A stretch of DNA of 63,674 nucleotides, counting the filler, from Polymyxa betae A26-41 (lineage: Eukaryota > Protista > Endomyxa: Phytomyxea), in the NCBI GenBank assembly GCA_003693705.1. It is 7 parts of 7 records of this genome, joined end to end, with 100 filler letters (N's around TTAATTAATTAA, not from the genome) between each part and the next. Parts side by side here need not be neighbours in the genome. Positions count along the whole stretch, not along the records: positions 1 to 20,465 come from RBZT01000776.1; positions 20,566 to 23,931 come from RBZT01000104.1; positions 24,032 to 42,298 come from RBZT01000367.1; 4 more parts are not named here. One strand, written 5' to 3'. The translations under genes and the position numbers were made by a program. The notes under the pieces are model-generated. The model was not told the DNA's origin. It saw nothing but the letters and a program-made list of their open reading frames with translations, and ran no database searches. This document shows positions 12,705 to 24,239 of the stretch, in pieces (position 1 is the first letter of the stretch; each line of letters begins with the position of its first letter).

Positions 12705-12789
12705 AGACCTGTGTCTGTAACATATCACCAAGTCAGCCTACCATTTGTAACGCTCTGTCACGGGAATTTAACCTGGCTCGGGACATTTT

Positions 12790-13878
12790 TCTAGACTATC
12801 TTGTCTGCAATTTCGACCTCATTAATATAGAACATTGGAATCTGGAATCCTCAACTTTGTTCTTGGTAGACTCACCACATAGTATCACCAGTGGTTTATG
12901 TTACTGATTACGGTACACTTGAATGGGTTCAATAAAGTATTTAAATCGCTATCAATAGTATCCGCTGTCATATTGGCGCTAAACGCACTCGTTTATGAAT
13001 TCACTCTGGGTGTAAAGTGCTGCATCAAAGTTACTAATTTCTCATTCATTGTATTTGCTTCGAAATGGCTGTAGCTGAATCTTGTTGTGTTTACACTTTA
13101 TTAGTTGATGTTTTACAGGTTCTCTGTATCGCTTCATTGATCTTGATTATATTTTTAGAGCACCAACGCACCATATTGCCCCATTGTCGTCTTTAGTGAA
13201 ATATTTTAGCATTCGTTTTCAGATTCGATTGCCCAACCGATGGTATCGTCTAACATACTTGTTCGCAAGTCTGGGGTTTAGGGGTAGGCCGTTCATAACT
13301 ATTATCCATAAAAGAACTCTCAAGGTGGACCCCAGTGGGATACCGTCCTCATGTGGTCGTGATACAGTCTCGGGCTATTTCTGCACTCTTCAGGACTGCG
13401 AAATGGTTCTCACCGAAGGTCCCGTATTTTCGTGACGACGATCTGATGCATGTTGCTGCTAATACGATCAGTACGAGATCGCCGAATTTCTGCTTCTGCA
13501 TTGGCCTTCATTGTCGAACAGATTAATAAGGATGATCTCGTTCCGTTGTAGCTTATTGGATGACAATTCCCGCATCGAAACCTGATCAAACGCTACACGG
13601 AAATGGCAACTTCGCCAAAAATCTATAATAGAAGTCCATGTTGCTGCAGATACTGTTAATAATGCCATCGAGGTTGGCTGATTACGCAGGCTGTTCGTCG
13701 TTCTTGGGGTCATGACGGCGTCGGTGCTTCGTCCAGTGAACTGTGTATTGAATCCATTCTGATGGGAAGGCCTTGTCCATCTGATCTGAGACGGAGACAG
13801 CTCGGCCAGTTCGTCCACATGTTCGATACGTCGGCTCGGCCACCAACTCTTAACAGGGGTCCCTCCTATAATCTTCAT
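12790..13878 (-). CDS. Possible multi-exon hypothetical gene
   Basis: 136-aa ORF at 13468-13878 followed by GT-AG-bounded short segments; no recognisable domain. Confidence 0.25.
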
Positions 13879-13885
13879 TACTGAA

Positions 13886-14719
13886 ATGAATATCAGTTAC
13901 CTGCTGTTACTCTATATGATCATTATAGTTCAGGCTCAATACACACCAACACCTCTACATACAATCTGGACATTCCCGCAATTTCGTCATCCACAGATCT
14001 GGCCTGAATCATCATTCACCGAATCCAGCCCTGCTGGTCACGATTCATTGTTTCATGCCAAAAATCCCCCAAGTCCACAGGAGGGTTTCAAGCGACCAAC
14101 AGGCCCACCATTACGTTTCAATCCAGCTGTTAATGACGAGCATGATGACGTTACCCCAGTCGGATGTCCTGTATCAGATTCTACTATCAAGTCCCCCAGC
14201 AGACAATTCAATAACGTCAATTCTGGAGCCGAGACTCTTCAGCCATCAGTAGTAGATCATGGCGACGTTCAATTCGACCGTTACGTGAGGACATCTGAGC
14301 CGTCGCCATCAAACGAAATTGCAACACACGGTAACAACAAATCATGGTCTCAAACATTCGGAATTTGATCAGATAGATAAGATGTGGAGACGCTCCCCGC
14401 AGATCGCTATCAAGATGGGTCGAGCACGACCGACCAGATAGGTCAGGAAACTGCAGATTTACAGATCGATGCGATCCAGAACGAGCATCAAGATTCAGGC
14501 GATATCGGTGGCAACCCTAACCCTCTGCCAGTGGGTGTAGTTGTATTGGTGATTATCGGGCTCTGGTGTGTATTAATTGGAGCCCTTCTATGGGGTCTCT
14601 ATCACACTTGTCATGTCAATAGGACGACCGGCCGATCTCATGACCCAAAGCCTGTATCAGTCTCCATCCCGAATTCATATTACAAGTCATATACATCGCA
14701 GGTGCAGGCACACAGATGA
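13886..14719 (+). CDS. Hypothetical type I membrane protein (signal peptide, Pro/Ser/Thr-rich ectodomain, single TM)
   Basis: MNISYLLLLYMIIIVQA signal-like N-terminus; intron at about 14332-14381 joins the two ORFs in frame; TM VGVVVLVIIGLWCVLIGALLWGLY. Confidence 0.6.
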
Positions 14720-15018
14720 TGTCATTAGAACAATATCCTCACCTACTGAGATCAGCAAACATCATTGGAGGATAAATTCAAACTTTGTAAACAGTTCATT
14801 AAAATAACATTTGAAGTCTACATATACGATGCTGTAACAGTTAGTCTGTATTTTCTAGGTAATCGAAAAATTAACCAGCTCATATTGACATTTACAATAT
14901 TCGAATGGAATCGAAAAATAAAGGTAGCGCCATCAATTCAACCCTTCGGCGAAAACAGTTCGCTCATTTACGGTCGACATTCTCAGATCCACAGTGAATG
15001 AGTGACGTTTTTGCAATC

Positions 15019-16740
15019 TCATCGTCCCGATCGGGGCTTGACGCCGAGCGCATCGGTGAGTTTACGACGCTGGTCCCATGTCCATTGGTGTAGCTTGGCG
15101 CTGTACATATAGCCGAACAGCATTCCGCCCAGATGAGCAGCATGATCGAATGTTTGCCAGCCCAGCATTAATCCGACGCTATCGAAAGTAGCAATCCCCG
15201 CCAGACCTGCCCATGCCGGAAACTAATTTCAGAATGAATAAAACGAAAACCTTTTCCCAATCAGCAAGTGACAAAAAAAATCATCAAAAATATTGGGAAA
15301 CAGAAACACTGCAAAGATTCGAAAAACAGAATATCAGACGAAATAATAAAAGAAATGCATAGATACAAAACCAGTATGATAGTGAATTAGACAAAACGGC
15401 ACCCAAAGAAATAAAGCTACATCTTAAACACCTTACCGAGACGAATGGAAGGAACATCAAGACCAGACGGCGATCAGGGTGTAAAAATGTGAACTGAGAC
15501 TATGTTAGCACTCGTAAAGATCGATAGAAAAACAGATTGACCATGGAAACAATGCCGAGAACGCCGCCTGAAGCCCCAAGTGATGGTTTGATACGACCAA
15601 CACGTACTGAATACATATGGGATGCAATAGAAGATACCACCAACGCCGACCCATATATAAAGCCAAACTGTTCGACACCGTAAGCCTCGCAAACAGGAGA
15701 TCCGAACGACCTACAGATTAGCTGTAAGAATAATATCATGATGGAAACAAAAAACATCGTCGCAGCATGAATCCAAACAAACAATGGGAGGCACCAGAAC
15801 AGAAAAAACAAATAATACTGGGGAGCAAGATATACCAGAGAGCTATCATATTAAAAGCGAGATGAAAGCCAGTGCGGTGGGAGAACCCCGAGAAAAGATG
15901 CGGCAATAGACGACGTGATAGGGGATCAGAAACGAACAGGGTCGACATGAATCGGCGCACACCAGGAGCAGGGATCTGAATAAACATTCAGTTGAAAACG
16001 AAATGAAGAAAAGGTAAGATTAAGCAGATCATAATTACAGAAATATCCAATATATTGCAGAGCAATGAAAATGGTCTAAAGAAAGTTGAGATAAAACGGA
16101 AATGAAGGGTGATGATAAACAACTTTAGAGATTTGATATAATGGAGTAAAATGTTTATCTGATTTCGATAGAAATTCATGCTAAAAAAGAGAGAGCAGAA
16201 TCTGATGTCACATTACAGCAGATAACCATGAAAGCCAAATACTATTGCATTCAAAAGGGTAAACTGACCTGCCATAGACCAAAGACTGCAATGTTAGCAA
16301 GGGTTATCATGCCTAGCAGCTTGCTCGAATCCGATGCAGAATTTATACGGCGACGGATGCGATCCAAAACCGGTTCGTAATCTCGTTCTAATAAAATCTG
16401 ATCGTGAGGTGGTCGCTTCTTGATATCATCCCAAAATTTCTTGCTGTCAAGCCACGACCTTCCTTCTAATAAAAAATAAGATTACGGAAAATGTAGATTA
16501 AGACAGGAAATTTATGAAATAAAAAATGCAAAAACAATAATTTACACCTAGAAGGTTCTGACTGAAACGACGACATTCAGCGATGGCACAAACAGTAAAG
16601 CTGCCGAAAGTGAATGCGGCACCCCAAACCAGATGGCGCGCTACAGGATTCGTCTGTACAGGCGGCCTGCTTAGAGAATGCAAGCGCATATGAGAAGACC
16701 ATGGCGATTTGGCGAACGCCTGACGAGCAGATCGCCACAT
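15019..16740 (-). CDS. PARL: Mitochondrial rhomboid protease (PARL/Pcp1-like), multi-exon
   Basis: Presequence-like MWRSARQAFAKS; FSHRTGFHLAFNMIALW; catalytic SLGASGG; FDHAAHLGGMLFG; stop TGA at 15019-15021. Confidence 0.88.
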
Positions 16741-17597
16741 AGCATATGATAATGATAATCAAGAAGACTATCAAATGATAATCATCTCCGATAGGGAGGG
16801 TTGCGCCTCACTCTCATAACACCTAATCTGTCTATTTCCCATCACTTCAGCAACGCCTTCCACAAGCGAAGGTTAATTACGTACCTAGACTAACTAACTG
16901 GCAGATAAAATATCATTAGAGAGACTTTCCTACGAAAAAGCCAACGATAACGCTCACGGGCCGTTCATGTTTGGTAGCTTTGTAACAGGTTTGAAAACTG
17001 GAAGCTGTGCTGAGGGCGGCAGCATCAGCAGCTTATTAGACAACAAACAGGCGATTGCTCTCAATTAATTCATCCATCACTATTATGATGAATAGCGAAT
17101 TTTTGATGAGAGTTACCTATACTTTCTCGTTGTCTTGAACGCCATTTCGTAATCGGTTTATTTGTTCTACAACCGGTTAATATCCCTTATAGTTTTCACA
17201 AACTGTTTGAAAAATACTGATATCAAAATCTTCAATCAATGTGTCCACAGTGTCACCATCCGTCCGATTCCTCGAAAATGATGCAAATTACAAGGTAGAC
17301 TTAATAATCACGTCAGAGACAAATATCATCAATACTTTCTGATTGTTCTGTTATCTAATCACATGTTGACAATTCATTCGCTTTTGGTAGCGTGACATTA
17401 TAACCCGTCTGTAACCAATTGCAAACGTAGCACGTTTTTTGGTCACGATAGTTTGGATTTCACCCAGCTCTATCACTATTGTTTTTAACTTTCGACTCTA
17501 TGAGAAACCGGCTAGTTCCGTTAATACAACGCTTAACAAACTGTTCTGTTTTAAATTGCAAGAGATATTAGTTGGCGTATCTGGAACAGTGAAAATG

Positions 17598-17716
17598 GGA
17601 TGGATGGGGTTTGGGGGCCCAGGGGTATCCATCATGGGGTCATACTGCGTATATATGAAACAATGAGAATGGGATGCATGGGGTTTGGGGGTCCCGGGGT
17701 ACATCATGGGGTCATA
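17598..17716. repeat. Short imperfect direct duplication (about 45 bp, about 72 bp apart)
   Basis: GGATG(G/C)ATGGGGTTTGGGGG(C/T)CC(A/C)GGGGTA..CATCATGGGGTCATA occurs twice. Confidence 0.8.
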
Positions 17717-18780
17717 ATGGTAATATCATGGAGTCGTGTTCGTGTCTTCTTCAATCTCTTCATGCTGCTTCTTGCCATCTATCTCTCCGTCTCTCTAATC
17801 ATCATCTGGGTCCGACGCTGGATCTCACTCCTTCCCTTCCTGCGCTTAGTCTCATGGGCCTCAAATCCGATTTCGTCATTGGGCGGCGAATTCGTCCACC
17901 AACAAACAATCGTCGATCTTCCGCCCAGATTATTGCCTCCAACCCCAGGCGGTGTTCTCAGCCCTTACGTCCATGTCCTGGAATATCATGGCAACAGCGA
18001 TCCTGCCGCTGCAGTAGTTCAATGGACGCAGCCTCTTTGTATCGAAACAGATCCGCCTCTGTGTATAGAGAGAGACCCTGACAGAGATGGAGATCACGAA
18101 ACCAGCCTAGACAATGTTCTAGCGGCGCCCTTTCCAATGAATAACCAGACACAATCAGATGACTGTCTGTGGGCGGCCAGTACAGCGACAACGCCAAGCG
18201 AGACGGGCGTTCAGGAATTCAAGCCGAGGGGGATGCTGCTGGGCGATCTCAAGTGTTCATCCTCATCGTATCCTGTTAATATACGTGAACGATTTAAGAA
18301 GCAGATGTCAGCCAGCACGCCCCCAAGTCCTATTAATGACGACGACGTCCTCGATACTGCCTCTTCAAGGGATCATACAATGTTTGAAGACATTGCTGAG
18401 AAGGCGGGATCGGATGCCATCGATAAACGAGCTGCTGCTGGATATTGCTGTGACAGCGATCATGCTCTATCGGACGTAGCAATAACTTCCAGTGCAAAGT
18501 CGGCCGAGAAATTTAGTCATCAGCAGAGCGGTATATGAAATCATATTTTGTTGACGTTTGCAGTTTTTCTCATTCTTTGATTTTTTCAAAATTGCTGTAT
18601 AGTGATTTGAACGTTGGACCAGGTGGCGAGAGTCGCTTTCTGCTCATATTTGGAGCTTGTTGCGGTATGACGATTTTGCTGACCGGAGCGTTAATGCTTC
18701 TTAGTCTCTACCGATTATCACGAACTCCAAATCATGTCATCCGATGCCATGCTGGCCCGATTTCTACTGCAGAACAGTAG
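17717..18780 (+). CDS. Hypothetical membrane protein (N-terminal hydrophobic segment, low-complexity middle, C-terminal TM)
   Basis: Long ORF 17600-18538; probable intron at about 18532-18602 leads to FLLIFGACCGMTILLTGALMLLSLY. Confidence 0.5.
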
Positions 18781-20565
18781 TAATCACTCAATATGCCGCG
18801 CTCATCAGATACAGCGAGCAGCGGTTTGCCGAGTATCGTAGTCTGGCGCCTGAGACGAGGTCCCAGCTCGTGAGAAGGCGATTGCAAATATAAAACAATC
18901 TGTAAGGCGGATCTAGATCAGGGGGGTATTGTTGTTTCGGATAAACTGTCTCGATTTTCGCACCATTATCAAGTTTTCTTTTCTCCCGACTTCGACATTG
19001 CTGCTGTTTCATCAGAGCAGCAGCTGATTGGAAATTATCAGCCAATTTTCAGGCAGCCACATACGAAAGCACAATACCTGCTTCAACTTTTAGTCGCTGA
19101 GCTTTCCAGTTCCTGTAACTTACCATTGTAAAAAAATCTGGCTGGTGACGAGGATAAGGTTTGCAGTTTGTTGATAAGCAACTCGATCCTAACAATAGCG
19201 ATTTTGAATCCTCGAAGAGTAAACTGTTTGCTTTCATTGCCAGATTATCAGCCACATGATCCGAATTCGCTTGAATGGGGTTGCCTGCAAAATATTCTCT
19301 CTCTCTCTCTTGCTTTCTCGTGACCGTCTTCAACCCTCTTTTTCCTTTTCTGTCAGTCTCCCTTTCATTCCCTCCCTCTGTCATTCTACGATATTCATTC
19401 GTTTGTCCGGGAGCTGATGTGTCCAAGCCCTGCCATTGCAATAATTGCTGGCAATGACTGCGTTCAGGGTAGAGAGACCACATCGGTGGCGGACGCTTCA
19501 GGGTTGTGGATTTAGTACATGTTCGTGCTGAAGCGACTGTTAATATGCAAAGAACAGTTTCATTTATTTATCTGGTCTTATTAATTTTCTTTTGTCGTCT
19601 CTACATAAAAATAACCATTTTCTGTTCATACAAGCCCGCAAGCAAGAATAAACTAAAGAGATATATACGACTATACCTTACCTGCTGCCGTTGTTCAGCA
19701 TTATCTGTTAATTTGGCCATTACCTAGCCATTTTCANNNNNNNNNNNNNNNNNNNNNNNNNNNNNNNNNNNNNNNNNNNNNNNNNNNNNNNNNNNNNNNN
19801 NNNNNNNNNNNNNNNNNNNNNNNNNNNNNNNNNNNNNNNNNNNNNNNNNNNNNNNNNNNNNNNNNNNNNNNNNNNNNNNNNNNNNNNNNNNNNNNNNNNN
19901 NACATGAACTGTCCTACCTAGTCCTCACAGAATCAAGAACTGCGGGAGAAAGTTCCAACGACTACAGAGCCGCCAATCTTTTGCTATTGCGATACTAGGT
20001 ACACTTGATGATGAGTCGGACACCAAACCATTCGCACATTCAACAGGGGAGACCATAAATCGATCTGACAACATGGGGGGTAGTGCACTATAGTGACTAG
20101 ATCGTCGCGATCGTTGGGAATGAGCTCTAACTTCGAGCATTTTTAAAAAAATTCCAGATAACTCAGAGTGCTATCTTTTAGAAGCGCAACCTGGAAGCTG
20201 GATGACCTTTCTTCATCAAGATAGTCTCTAGCTGGTTTTGGCAAGAGCCGATGAAGTGTCCGTCCAAGACGAGTCGACCTTTCGTACCCGGAGAACTCGG
20301 TGCGTACCCAGTTGCCTCATGGTTGCCGCAGCAGGTTTGTTGGACTCGCATATCCTGTGGTGTCGGTACGAGTGGCCTTCCAACAAGTCCCTGAAAGATG
20401 TCAGATCTTTTGGCAGCCCTGGACGGACTCTGATCAACGCTAGAATAAGGGCGTTCGAGCGTGGTNNNNNNNNNNNNNNNNNNNNNNNNNNNNNNNNNNN
20501 NNNNNNNNNTTAATTAATTAANNNNNNNNNNNNNNNNNNNNNNNNNNNNNNNNNNNNNNNNNNNN

Positions 20566-21176
20566 GAAACTGCAGCGTTGGGCTTTAGAGATACAAAAGT
20601 TCAACTATCAGATACAGTATATCAGAGGTGAAGATAATGTTTGGTCAGATTTGTTGACACGTTGGGGAGCAGCTCCCACAACAGAGATTGTAGAGGTCCG
20701 AACACTCTCATCTAGAACTGTTAGTAGTATTCCAGCTGAATACAGAGTGAGGCCATTACAGAAGAAAGAGTTTGTTTGGCCATCAGTTGATGAGATTCGT
20801 TCATACCAGGAACAGTATTTCGGACCTAGCATAGATTCTAATGGTAGTCTGTTATTAACAAAAACGGGCAGAGTCAGGATTCCTTTAGAAGCTAGGGATC
20901 TTAGGGTGAGATTGTGTATCGTCGCTCATGCGGGTGGCAATAGTGGGCATTTAGGGTATCAGNNNNNNNNNNNNNNNNNNNNNNNNNNNNNNNNNNNNNN
21001 NNNNNNNNNNNNNNNNNNNNNNNNNNNNNNNNNNNNNNNNNNNNNNNNNNNNNNNNNNNNNNNNNNNNNNNNGTTGTCCATTTAAATTGGCTCTATATTA
21101 TGCCAGCTGAAAACAAAGGCACGCAGAATTTTCAGTGGAATCTGATCATTAGAGATGATCTATCAGGATACATCAG
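20566..21176 (+). mobile_element. Ty3/Gypsy pol fragment (RNase H end, integrase zinc-binding region and core start)
   Basis: YQIQYIRGEDNVWSDLLTRWG; IVAHAGGNSGHLG; WLYIMP..LIIRDDLSGYI. The frame resumes at 23880 after the Harbinger insertion. Confidence 0.85.
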
Positions 21177-21269
21177 GAAGATGCGGTAATATCAATATTT
21201 TCGCATTCTTTTGCAGGATTTACTGCAGTTTTTTTCGATAATTGCTGTTTATACTCTAAGGTGATCCCA

Positions 21270-22189
21270 TTACCACTTAATGTCCCATAACAGGTTTTCC
21301 GTGATGTCAAGCTGTGTGATATTGATGACAGCTCCAAAGCAGAGGTAATGCTGCTCTTCTGAGTGACGGAATGTGTTCAGAACATTGAATTGCTTGATGC
21401 GCTTGTTGACCGACTCCGATCTAGCCATTACCTTTTATGCTGCTCATTAAACTGGATTTCAAATTCGGTAATTGGGTTGGAATAAGGTGTTAGAAAGTGG
21501 CATCCTCCATCCCTGTACCCTTTATCCGCTAACGCACGCTATTTCTCTTCGAGCATTTGCGTAAACCCGACCTTGCCAAAACCAGGTCGGAATATTCCCC
21601 ACAAGGCAGCCCGCCCGACCACCAAACAATTTTTGAAGCTCCTAAACTGACAGCTATTTCGTAACGAAGCCCGGCATGATTCAACTTATGAGAATAGTAT
21701 CGCGGGTCAAACGGACGAGGTTCTTGAATCCAACAATCAGTGCCCTCAAGTGTGCAGCATGGAATTGGATTTCTCCAATTTAGATAGCGTTCTTCAAATC
21801 GGATCTAACGATTTAATTGATCAATTGCCGGAAGTCATTATCTTGCAAAGAATTGCATTACTTACCAGATCTAGGCCGGAAATGCTATCAATCACAATCC
21901 ACGCCCATCTCCGAAAGGTTTTTTCGTTACAGCGAAATTTTCCTGCAGCAACATAGTCACTGGAATACACCTTCATGGAAAATAAGGCCCATAAGAGCTT
22001 ATTGTGAGAGAAGCCGGTCAAATGCCGATTACGAGGGAATATAAGATTCCATATTTGTACTGTCACATTAAGGCTCACCCCGAAATGGGCTCTGTACTTA
22101 CGGTTCCAATAATCTGTGCCCGGTCTGGATGAATTTAGAATTGGGCTGGCAATGCGTCGAAACCAATCAGTAGGGTCTGTTGTATCCAT
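21270..22189 (-). pseudogene. Harbinger DDE transposase, one intron, frameshifted
   Basis: KLLWALFSMKVY..EKTFRRWAW; LEGTDCWIQEP..YYSHKLNHAGLRYE; ADKGYRD; ARSESVNKRIKQF..FRH. The first catalytic D reads E, and there are two frameshifts. Confidence 0.85.
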
Positions 22190-23005
22190 GGAAGTATTGA
22201 AAGTGTACTGGGGTTATGGTTCGCCAGATCGACCTTGCTCACCAGTCACCAGGTTAAGAGGGAAAGCTCTGTCCTCCCTCTTTTGTTTTGACTCGGTCCC
22301 TTTACAAATCCACCCCTATTTATTCCTTAATCCCTTTGTAAATCCATCCCCCGATAAGCGCAATTTTTTATCGATGTTATGATGTATATCATAAAAATCG
22401 TTATTTATTGCTGCATTCGAGGCCAGACATCAACGTCGGTTTGATCTTGGCCAGACCAGTAGCTGCATAAACCGGTCTAAGACAGTCCGCCCTTCGTGCC
22501 AGACACATGATAGGGGTCGTTACATCAAGGCTAGTAGAATTTACTGGGGTGAATCTGCTGCTGTCGGCATTGAACCCAGCCTTGAAATCAGCATCGCGAA
22601 AGGAGACTTTGTTGCAGAAATACACGCGGTTGTAAATATCGATTAAAGTATTTATCGATAAATATCACAATTATCGATTTTATTGCCTCCATCAAGGTAA
22701 CCGAATAAAAAACTGCGTTTGAGAGGGAGAGCTCATTGGATGGATTATTTATAAAGAGAGGAGTTTATAAGGGGGAATCGGGCGTGGCAGAAGAGATGAC
22801 TGAGCTGGAGGCCGCGCTAGTCTGATGCCTTGAAGGTCCATCCCTGTGACACTCGTTTGTAACGATAAAATAGCCCGTTCCCTTTCATAGGACATCTTCA
22901 GCAGTGACAATAGTAATTATGGGGCGACCATGTCGTCCCTCCTCAATAAACTAAAGACATTCAAATCGTCATTTGTGAGTCTCCATCCACGTCTGACCTG
23001 TGTCC

Positions 23006-23876
23006 ATGTCTGGCAAAACCGCCGAACGGAGACACGGCTGGGGGCCGGAACATACAGAGGCCCTCAATGCCTACATGCTGGAACACGACCATGGCCAAGC
23101 GCTATCGGGAGGCACCTTGAAAAGCATTCTTCCAATATTCAGTAATATCAATACTAACTATCTATCGGGCCGTGTTAGAGGCCTGAGGCAAAAACGATCG
23201 AAAGGTGAACTTTTGTTGAAAAATGAATTCTTAATAAAGTTGATACAATTAAGGTGCAGAAGCCAATTCCGGATGCGCCTCAATTTTAGTGAGAGACCAA
23301 CCTCGATCTGAAAACTATGATGAGGGATTAACTCAAAGGGATTGCCGAAAAAAGCCCCGAATTCAAGAGAAAAACATCATTGTTTTGAAAGAGCACCAAT
23401 CAGATTTCGTACTTCACCAAACCGCTGAGTACGTAGAACAAAGCGACAAGGAAATGATCATGGTAATTTTGGTTCATCTGGGATATTACTCGATGAAATT
23501 CAAAGTGTCTGAAAATGGAACTGAGTTGCTCGTTACCTTGCTTGACAAATTCTCAAGTGCTACCGCATTTATTGACCCTAGTGTAAATACCATGGAAGCG
23601 CTCATGGGAGATCCCCAGAGTAAGATCTTGAACTCGCTGTTCAGCCAGCCAACGGCTCCTGTCATTTATACAATCAAATTGGGAAAATCTGTTGCATCAA
23701 ATCCAGTAAAGCGTCCTGTCAAAAGTCCCGACGGCTCTACTGTCCGGACAGTCATTCTTTTGACAGTTCGCAACGATGATGACGACACGGCAGATTCAAT
23801 GGAGACTTTAATTGATCAATATACCATGCAGTATTTGTTGCCAAAAATCGTAAATTATTCTGATTACCGCATCTTC
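23006..23876 (+). CDS. Harbinger accessory (Myb/SANT-like) protein, spliced
   Basis: MSGKTAERRHGWGPEHTEALNAYM..LSGRVRGLRQKR; intron at about 23205-23253 joins in frame to the 23289 ORF. It lies inside the TIRs. Confidence 0.6.
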
Positions 23877-24031
23877 CAGAGTGACGCCGGCAGCTGTACC
23901 TGATAGTATCAAAACAGTGGATGCTTTGATGNNNNNNNNNNNNNNNNNNNNNNNNNNNNNNNNNNNNNNNNNNNNTTAATTAATTAANNNNNNNNNNNNN
24001 NNNNNNNNNNNNNNNNNNNNNNNNNNNNNNN

Positions 24032-24127
24032 GCCGCTCAGTCTGGTCCCTAAAGATGGAATTCGGAAGGCCGCTCAGTCTGGTCCCTAAAGATGGAATTC
24101 GGAAGGCCGCGCAGCCTGGTCCCTAAA
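24032..24127. repeat. 37-bp tandem repeat (about 2.5 copies visible), followed by short TTCGATTGGCCGAT-like repeats
   Basis: GCCGCTCAGTCTGGTCCCTAAAGATGGAATTCGGAAG is repeated at the contig edge. Confidence 0.85.
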
Positions 24128-24239
24128 CCCATATAGCCTTCGATTGGCCGATCGCTTCGATTGTCCGATGGCCTTTGATTGGCCGATGGCCTTCGATTGG
24201 CCTTCAAAAGCGTCAAAACGTCAGACCAAAAAGCTCTTC

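Larger units (their letters stand above)
21177..23876. mobile_element. PIF/Harbinger DNA transposon, 2700 bp, 14-bp TIRs, CAG target-site duplication
   Basis: GAAGATGCGGTAAT (21177-21190) and its exact reverse complement (23863-23876); CAG at 21174-21176 and 23877-23879; carries divergent transposase and Myb-like ORFs. Confidence 0.92.

Noticed and set aside
20466-20565. TTAATTAATTAA embedded in N runs (also near 23976, 42343, 50657, 54289, 61093)
   Set aside because: Artificial six-frame-stop spacer (N44-TTAATTAATTAA-N44) used to concatenate contigs; not biological, and adjacency across it is untrusted.
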